DNA from: Anaerolineae bacterium
GTDB taxonomy: Bacteria; Chloroflexota; Anaerolineae; Aggregatilineales; J027
DNA length: 58,067 bases
Reading direction: 5' to 3'
Assembly: GCA_034437075.1 (NCBI GenBank)
Contig: DAOTVD010000126.1
Span: 1-58,067 of the forward strand
Part shown: piece by piece, positions 48,515-55,181 of the stretch
Numbering within the stretch: position 1 is the stretch's first letter
How the letters are laid out: every line of letters begins with the position of its first letter
Translations under genes and position numbers: made by a program
Notes under the pieces: model-generated
What the model saw: only the letters and a program-made list of their open reading frames with translations
Database searches by the model: none
Told to the model about the DNA's origin: nothing

Positions 48515-49008
48515 TTCTGGCGCTGGGCTGCCTTATCATCCTAGCGGCCTGTTCTGCCGAAGATGAGGCAGATACAGAAGCCACGCCCACCGCCCAACCA
48601 ACCCCAGAACCGACCGAGGAAATGCCCGCTATGAACACCTCCGGCACGGGTAACGCGGATGTCACCTTCGTGCGCGCGACCCAATCCGCGAGTGGCACCT
48701 GGCGCTTTGATGTCACGGTCGCTCATCCTGACACCGGATGGGAAGATTACGCCGATGGCTGGGACGTCGTCTTGCCGGATGGCACCGTGCTAAAAAACGA
48801 CCCCACCGCCCCGTTCACCCGCCCGCTAGCCCATCCGCATGTGACTGAACAGCCCTTCACGCGCAGCCAGAGCGGCCTGGCTATTCCGGCGGATGTCACG
48901 CAAGTGACCGTCCGCGCGCATGATCTGGTGGACGGTTTCGGCGGCCAGACCGTGCCGGTCGATTTAACCCAATCCGCAGGCGAGAATTACACGGTCGAGC
49001 GCCCATAA
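48475..49008 (+). CDS. Conserved hypothetical lipoprotein with His-containing motifs
   Basis: Hydrophobic signal with LAAC lipobox, a PT linker, then FDVTVAHPDTGWEDYADGW...LAHPHVTEQPFTRS...VRAHD; start is uncertain. Confidence 0.75.
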   Translation: MGLYTHPIRRYALILALGCLIILAACSAEDEADTEATPTAQPTPEPTEEMPAMNTSGTGNADVTFVRATQSASGTWRFDVTVAHPDTGWEDYADGWDVVLPDGTVLKNDPTAPFTRPLAHPHVTEQPFTRSQSGLAIPADVTQVTVRAHDLVDGFGGQTVPVDLTQSAGENYTVERP

Positions 49009-49147
49009 GGGTGAACAGAAACCGAGGGCTTTTGATGTTGCTTATCCCTAAGGGGTCTGGATATGGTCAATATCTATCTTTTTTTTTATGATGGGAGGGG
49101 ATACAATCGACTGACCAACCCGGCTAGAGGGCTCTAGGAAAACCACC

Positions 49148-49837
49148 ATGACCGTAACCTCTGTGATGCAAGAATATCTCGCTGAAACCTACCGCATCGC
49201 CTCCTATCAGGATAGCGCCTACGTGAGTACCTCCGAATTGGCCGACCGCATGCGCAAGACTGCGCCCGCCGTGGTGCGCATGGCCAGCCGACTGCGCGAG
49301 GCCGGGCTCATCGAACACGAACCTTATCAGGGTATCCGCCTGACCCCCGCTGGCGAGCGCGAAGCCCTGCTGAGCATCCGCCGCCACCGGATTGTCGAAG
49401 TCTTTTTGATGGCCACCATGGGCTATGGCTGGGAAGAAGTGCACCCCGAAGCCGAAGCGCTCAGCGCAGTCGTTAGCGATGATCTGCTGAGCCGGATGGA
49501 ACGCATGGCCGGGTTCCCGCAGCGTTGCCCACATGGCGAGCCAATCCCTTCGGCCACAGGCAACATGCCCCACATTGATGATATGTCGCTGGGTGATTTG
49601 GAACCGCAACAAGCCCTAACTGTGAGCCGCGTCAACACCCACGAGCCCGATAAACTCGCGTATTTGCGCGAAATCGGCCTGGTACCCGGCCAAGATATTG
49701 AATTGGTATCGCGCGCGCCCTTCAATGGGCCGTTGCGCTTGCGCATCGGGCGCGATGAACAGGTCATCGGGATGGAGCTCGCGCGCGCGTTGCGCGTCTG
49801 CCAACAAGGCCAATACGAACTGCAACCCCTGGGTTAG
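49148..49837 (+). CDS. DtxR/MntR family metal-dependent regulator with C-terminal FeoA domain
   Basis: MQEYL, HTH, RRHRIVEVFL, HPEAEALS, CPHGEPIP and FeoA (YLREIGLVPG...APFNGP). Confidence 0.95.
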   Translation: MTVTSVMQEYLAETYRIASYQDSAYVSTSELADRMRKTAPAVVRMASRLREAGLIEHEPYQGIRLTPAGEREALLSIRRHRIVEVFLMATMGYGWEEVHPEAEALSAVVSDDLLSRMERMAGFPQRCPHGEPIPSATGNMPHIDDMSLGDLEPQQALTVSRVNTHEPDKLAYLREIGLVPGQDIELVSRAPFNGPLRLRIGRDEQVIGMELARALRVCQQGQYELQPLG

Positions 49838-51486
49838 GGAACGACTGGCACCTCGGCCAATGTGCCTTGCTCGAAATCGTACCAGGGCGCGGCGCTCCAC
49901 CCTTGCAGCCCTTCATAAGCAATCAACACCCATTCATTATCGGCAGTCCGCCCCAATACCGCGACCGTCTCGCCCCATGGGACATCCCCCACGCGCTGCG
50001 CGGAGGGGCGCGGTTCGCTACGAATGCGCAGATTCGCGTTCGCGCGAGCGATGAACGCACTTTGGGGCAAGCTGATCTCGGTTGGGTCGCCCTCTAGCGC
50101 GGGGCCGACCCTTACATCGCCATCTGGGCCGACAAACAACACGCCTTCAGGGTCTTGTAACGTGATGGCTGGGTCTGCCGGATCGGCCACGGGGGGTGGC
50201 GCGCTGCCATCAGTGATGGGCAAACTGGTAATTTGCCCGCTGAGCGTCAAGAATTCCGTCATCGACCAGCCAACGACCCCATCCACGCGCAATTGCACCC
50301 ATACATTATCCGCCGAGCGCCCCAGCGCGGTGTACTGTTCGCCCCGGCTGATGGTGCGTAGCGGGGTCGCGGTGGTGCTGGGCTGGGGCCGAAAACGTAA
50401 CGGCCCTGCGCGGACAGTCACGGGCATGGCGGCGGCGGCGGTTGGCGCGGCGCGCTCGGGGCAGGGGGGCGCGCTGCCATTCGCCCCAGCCAAGATGGAA
50501 TTACACCCATCCGGGAAGAAATTCGTCCCGATGGGCGGGTCCCACGTCAGGAACAAGTTAGCGGCTTGAATATCATCCGCGTGTTCGACCACAATCGTAT
50601 GGCGCCCAGCGGGGATTTCTACGGCCACGGTGAAGCTCTGCCCCTGGGCAAACGCCGCCTGATTCAGCACTTCGATACCATTGATCAGCACGCGCGCGCG
50701 GTCATCGGCGCGCAGCGTGAAGGTATACACCCCCGCCGGAAAATCGACCGCGCGCGTCCAGCGCGCCGACCAGCCGTCCGCGTTAACACCTGTTGCCGGG
50801 GCATCCAGGCCCGGTATTACCGCGATGCCATCGGCGGGCGCGCTGCCCGTGGCGACCACCTCGCCGCTTAAATCGGGCGAATTGAAATACTCAATGGCCC
50901 AGGGTTCGCCCACCACCGCATTATTGCTGAGTGCCGTGCCCGTGTCGGTCGTCGGGGCGGCGTCATTGGCATTGTTGGCGGTTGTTGTGGCGGATGGCGG
51001 CGACGCGCCGCCACTGGCCAGCGACCAGGTTAAACGTACTTGGGCTGGGCCCGACCAATTGGCCATTTCTAGCGTGATGAACGCCGTTTGGCCGGGGTTC
51101 TGGATGGTATGGCGCGCGCTGAGCGTGGTTGGCCCTTCGCTGGGGTTCAAGGCATCAATCAACGGGCTCCCGTTGATGTACAGCCGCACGCCATCATCCA
51201 CCTGTGCGGTAAATAGATACGTCCCCGGCGCAGCAAAAGACTGGGTACTCGTCCAACGCACCGAGAAGTTATCGGGGTTGATGCCCGGCGCGGGCGCATC
51301 CAGGCCCCAGTTAAAATCCAGCAGCGGCGTACAGTCCGAATAGACGACGCTGCCGCTCAGATCAACCGAATTATAATAACGCGCTTCCCAATTGGGCGGC
51401 GCGCAGGTTTGGCCTTGGGCCGGGGAGAGCGCCCCCCAGCCCCCAAACAACATAACAATGGCACATATCCAAGCAAGCTGTTTCAT
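49834..51486 (-). CDS. Secreted protein with two PA14 domains and two SH3b domains
   Basis: Signal peptide; DNFSVRW...DDGVRLYING and DGWSARW...DDRARVLING; then LRFRPQP...WVQLRVDGVVGWS and LRIRSEP...WVLIAYEGLQGWS. Confidence 0.88.
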   Translation of the reverse strand: MKQLAWICAIVMLFGGWGALSPAQGQTCAPPNWEARYYNSVDLSGSVVYSDCTPLLDFNWGLDAPAPGINPDNFSVRWTSTQSFAAPGTYLFTAQVDDGVRLYINGSPLIDALNPSEGPTTLSARHTIQNPGQTAFITLEMANWSGPAQVRLTWSLASGGASPPSATTTANNANDAAPTTDTGTALSNNAVVGEPWAIEYFNSPDLSGEVVATGSAPADGIAVIPGLDAPATGVNADGWSARWTRAVDFPAGVYTFTLRADDRARVLINGIEVLNQAAFAQGQSFTVAVEIPAGRHTIVVEHADDIQAANLFLTWDPPIGTNFFPDGCNSILAGANGSAPPCPERAAPTAAAAMPVTVRAGPLRFRPQPSTTATPLRTISRGEQYTALGRSADNVWVQLRVDGVVGWSMTEFLTLSGQITSLPITDGSAPPPVADPADPAITLQDPEGVLFVGPDGDVRVGPALEGDPTEISLPQSAFIARANANLRIRSEPRPSAQRVGDVPWGETVAVLGRTADNEWVLIAYEGLQGWSAAPWYDFEQGTLAEVPVVP

Positions 51487-51489
51487 AGC

Positions 51490-51513
51490 AAAAAAGCCCG
51501 GTCGAAGCCGGGC
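51490..51513 (-). terminator. Rho-independent terminator between the two PA14 genes
   Basis: Minus strand GCCCGG-CTTCGA-CCGGGC-TTTTTT, 18 nt after the stop at 51532. Confidence 0.75.
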
Positions 51514-51531
51514 CGTTGATTATCGTAAGCG

Positions 51532-52590
51532 TTACGGGGCGATTTGCTCGGGCGTAAAGGTCGCGATACCCCGGTCGGGGCATAGGGGCGCATTACCGCC
51601 AAGACCAGCGGTATAGTGCCCATTACAGCCATCCGGGAATAGCATCGTGCCCACGGGCGGGTCCCAAGTGACGAAAAGATGCGCGGGGCCGCTGTTGTCG
51701 AAATGCTCCACGGCAATCGTATGACGGCCTGCCGTCAGCGTGACGCTACCCGTGCCATTTGCACTGAGCGGCACGACTTCGGCCCCATCCACCAACAGAC
51801 GCGCGCTATCATCGGCCCGAACCGTGAAGGTATACGTGCCCGCTGGGAAATCCACCGTGCGCACCCAGCGCGACGACCAACCATCGGCGTTAAAACCTGG
51901 GCGCGGCGGGTTCTCGGCATAATCCAAGCTGATGCCATCCGCGACATGGATCGATTCGCCCGTGTGCGGTTCGGTGAGGTTCGGGTTATTGAAATGGGTG
52001 ATGGCCCAGATATTGCCACCCCCCGCCGGGAAGAGGCTATTATCGCGCGTCAGCCCCGGGTTATGATCGTCAGTGGCGCCTGGCGAACCGCCTGCGACCA
52101 ACGACCAGGCCAAGTACAATTGCGAAGGGCCGCTGTGGTCAACGTGTTCGATGACGATTTCGGCAGTCTGGCCTGCGCGGGCCACTTCATATTGCATACG
52201 GCGTTCGGCGTAATCGTTGGTCGCGTTATTATCTTGAATGAGGGTCGCGCCATTCACGCGCAAGGTGACATCCCCCTGGCCCCATACCGTGAATTCATAG
52301 GTTCCGGCAGTCGGGAACGCCTGGGTAGAGCGCCACCGCGACGAAAAGCCGTCGTTATTGATCCCCTGCAACGGGACACCATCGCCCCAATTGAATTCGA
52401 TCATCCGGCGGCACAAGACATAGGCGGGAGTGCCCGCAAAACTCGCATTGTCATAAAATTCGCCCGTCCACGCAGGTACGGCGCATGGTTCAGTTTCTAA
52501 CGGATAATTGTCCTGGGCCGCAACGGAGGCGCTAAAGACCACCGTTAACAGGGCCAGAGGCAATACAAATGCAAAAAATCGCTTTGACAT
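51532..52590 (-). CDS. Secreted double-PA14 protein, paralog of 49834..51486 without SH3
   Basis: Signal peptide; DGFSSRW and DGWSSRW...DDSARLLVDG; shared WDPP.GT..FPDGCN...CP motif. Confidence 0.88.
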   Translation of the reverse strand: MSKRFFAFVLPLALLTVVFSASVAAQDNYPLETEPCAVPAWTGEFYDNASFAGTPAYVLCRRMIEFNWGDGVPLQGINNDGFSSRWRSTQAFPTAGTYEFTVWGQGDVTLRVNGATLIQDNNATNDYAERRMQYEVARAGQTAEIVIEHVDHSGPSQLYLAWSLVAGGSPGATDDHNPGLTRDNSLFPAGGGNIWAITHFNNPNLTEPHTGESIHVADGISLDYAENPPRPGFNADGWSSRWVRTVDFPAGTYTFTVRADDSARLLVDGAEVVPLSANGTGSVTLTAGRHTIAVEHFDNSGPAHLFVTWDPPVGTMLFPDGCNGHYTAGLGGNAPLCPDRGIATFTPEQIAP

Positions 52591-52698
52591 AACATGTTCC
52601 CCTGATGCAATATGTTGCAGGTCAGTATGCCCTTATCCTACAGGCTTTAAGGCACCAGCGAAAGCACAGCAAGGTAAGCGTTGTTCAAACGGTGCGTG

Positions 52699-53061
52699 TT
52701 AATCGAGATACTCGCGGATGACACGCAGTAAATCGGGCGAGCTAATGGGCTTGGGTAGATAGTTATCGCAGCCTGCCGCCAGAAAACGCTCGCGGTCGCC
52801 GCGCATGGCGTTAGCCGTCAGCGCCACCACCGGGATGCCTTCGGTTTCCGGGTTGGCTTTGATGATGCGCGTGGCCTCAATGCCATCAATACCCGGAATA
52901 CTGATGTCCATCAAGATCAAGTCCGGTAGCTCTTTGGTGGCCATTTCGACCCCCGTTTCGCCATCATCGGCTTCTAGCACTTCGTAGCCTTTGGCCTTCA
53001 GAATTTTGCGCACCAAGCGTTTATTTTGATAATTATCTTCCACATAAAGTATCCGTTTCAT
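52699..53061 (-). CDS. Single-domain response regulator, DivK-like
   Basis: ILYVEDN, LILMDISIPGIDG, VALTANAMRGDRE and YLPKPI. Confidence 0.95.
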   Translation of the reverse strand: MKRILYVEDNYQNKRLVRKILKAKGYEVLEADDGETGVEMATKELPDLILMDISIPGIDGIEATRIIKANPETEGIPVVALTANAMRGDRERFLAAGCDNYLPKPISSPDLLRVIREYLD

Positions 53062-53068
53062 GGATTCC

Positions 53069-55153
53069 TCACTGCTGTTTGCTCAGGGTTTGGTGAACAT
53101 GTTGGACGAGCGCCTCTCGGTTGAGCCCCGCTTTTTGCCAGATCGACACACCACGCGCCGCAAAAAATGCTTGCTCATCGGCTGTCAGGTCTTTGGCAGT
53201 TAAGACGACCACAGGCGTCTGCGAAAAGGGTTTGTTTTCTCTAATCTTATCTACCAGAATACCACCACTTTCGACATCCGGGAGCATTAAATCCAGCACA
53301 ATAAGCCCCGGAGTGATATTCGGCAAGCTTTCCAGTGCTTCTTGGCCCGAATACACCTCATACACGGCATACTGTTGGGTGGCTTCTAACATGCGTTTGA
53401 CCAAGCGCGCGTCTTTGCGGTTGTCATCAATGACCATAATCGGTGTACGGTTCACTGAGTCGAACGCTTGGCGCAATTCGCTGGCCACGTCGCTCGCTTT
53501 GGCGGTAATCACCGTATCTTCGGCCACATCGTCGCCGCCCAGGGTTTGCACCACATGGTCTACCAATTGGCGCGTATTGAAATTGCCCTTTTGCCAGACG
53601 GACTCCGCCTCGCCCAGGCGTTGGTAATCGGCGGCGTTCAACGCCTTGGCCGAAATCACCATCACCGGGACATTCGCCGTCTCGGGGTCGCGCTTGAGCG
53701 CGTCTAGCAAGTCGAAGCCGTCCATTTCGGGCATGGTCAAATCCGAGATCACCAGGTCTGGTTTGCGGTGTTTCACGAGGTCGATACCATCCAGCGGATT
53801 TTGCGCCTCGAAGACGCGATAATTGCGGTAGCTTTGCAACAAGCGGCGGATCAAACGGCTATCTTGCGGATTATCATCAATGACGACGATGGTCGTCACC
53901 TGTTCATCCAGCCGTTCCAGTGCAGCGCTAAGCCCTTCTTCCACCTTGGTGGGTTGGGGGGTGCCGCCTTCGGCAGCTTCTTGGCCTAGTTGCAAATCCA
54001 ACACATATTGGTCTTCCAGAATGTGCTTTTCGGCGGGGAAGGTATGGCCCGAGCAATTCACGACGACCGTCTGCTCTGGCGTTACGAGCCCTTGCGCGGC
54101 CAGCTTTTCCAGCCCAGCGAAGGCCACCGCTGCGGCAGGCTCCACGCTATAGCCTTCGATGCGCGCCAGGCGGCGCATCGCGCGGAAGGCTTCGCCATCA
54201 TCAACGGCCACCATGGTGCCCTCGGTGGCTTTGCAGGCCGCGCGCAGCACGACATACCCCTGGCCCGGCGCGCCCGTCGAGAGCACCGCGATGCGCGTAT
54301 GCGGCACCACAGGCTCGGCGGTTTCGGCGTCCTGCTGCCAGGCTTTGACCATCGGTGAGCAGCCTTCCACCTGAATGATGCCAATCCGCGGAATCCGGTC
54401 AATCAGGCCGATGCGTTGCAATTGTTGAAAGCCATGGTAAATGGCCACCGGGCCGATTCCGCCGCTCACGGCCTGAATATACCAATCCGGGGTGCGCCAT
54501 TTGCCATCTTCCAGGGGCATATAGCGCGATAGCTGCTCGGCGATTTCGAACGCGATGGTCTTCAGCCCTTCGCGCCCCGCAACCCCCGCAATACCGGGGT
54601 CGTAATGCAGCTTGCGCCGCGCGGCGAAGTCTTTGGCCACCTGTTTCGATTGGTCGTAAGTGCCCGCGATCTTCACGACTTCCGCGCCATATAGCGCCAG
54701 TTCGCGCAGTTTCTCGTTGGGTACCATGCTCGTCAGAAAAATCCACAAGCGGATGTTGGCTCGCGCGCAATAGGCCGCATATGCAGCGGCTTTGTTGCCC
54801 GTGGAGGCCAGCACCGCCTCGTCGATGCCGTCTTGGCGCAACATATTCACGGCCATGGCCCCCTGGCGATCCTTAAAGCTGCCTGTGGGGGTCTGGCGTT
54901 CGTCTTTTATATAAACCTGTTGCAGGCCCAGTTCCTCGGCCAGGCGTTTAGCGCGTACCAATGGCGTCCAGCCTTCGCCCATGGTGATGAGATCATCATA
55001 TGACTTAAGCGGCAGCAGTTCTTCATAACGCCAAAGGCTGGTATCTCGCCCTTGCAAGATACCAGGCCAACTTTGGGAAAGCCCTGCTTCGTTGTAACGC
55101 GCCTCTTGCCAACCGTGGTCTGTGGTGATGATGTCTTGCAGTTGGGATGGCAT
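53069..55153 (-). CDS. Threonine-synthase-like fold-type II PLP enzyme fused to two C-terminal receiver domains
   Basis: LWRY, GEGWTPL, PTGSFKDR (PLP Lys at 54872-54874), ASTGN, KTIAFEIAEQL, EPAAA and NCSGH; REC1 IDDN/SDLTMP/ISAK/QKG; REC2 IDDN/LDLMLP/LTAK/QKA. Confidence 0.92.
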   Translation of the reverse strand: MPSQLQDIITTDHGWQEARYNEAGLSQSWPGILQGRDTSLWRYEELLPLKSYDDLITMGEGWTPLVRAKRLAEELGLQQVYIKDERQTPTGSFKDRQGAMAVNMLRQDGIDEAVLASTGNKAAAYAAYCARANIRLWIFLTSMVPNEKLRELALYGAEVVKIAGTYDQSKQVAKDFAARRKLHYDPGIAGVAGREGLKTIAFEIAEQLSRYMPLEDGKWRTPDWYIQAVSGGIGPVAIYHGFQQLQRIGLIDRIPRIGIIQVEGCSPMVKAWQQDAETAEPVVPHTRIAVLSTGAPGQGYVVLRAACKATEGTMVAVDDGEAFRAMRRLARIEGYSVEPAAAVAFAGLEKLAAQGLVTPEQTVVVNCSGHTFPAEKHILEDQYVLDLQLGQEAAEGGTPQPTKVEEGLSAALERLDEQVTTIVVIDDNPQDSRLIRRLLQSYRNYRVFEAQNPLDGIDLVKHRKPDLVISDLTMPEMDGFDLLDALKRDPETANVPVMVISAKALNAADYQRLGEAESVWQKGNFNTRQLVDHVVQTLGGDDVAEDTVITAKASDVASELRQAFDSVNRTPIMVIDDNRKDARLVKRMLEATQQYAVYEVYSGQEALESLPNITPGLIVLDLMLPDVESGGILVDKIRENKPFSQTPVVVLTAKDLTADEQAFFAARGVSIWQKAGLNREALVQHVHQTLSKQQ

Positions 55154-55181
55154 GTGGTTCTAAGAGTTTGCCTTTCGTGCG

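Noticed and set aside
53069-55153. Frameshift or read-through artefact joining thrC to separate regulators
   Set aside because: A single clean frame with ordinary linkers and no internal stop or evident internal RBS-start. Read-level confirmation is still advisable.
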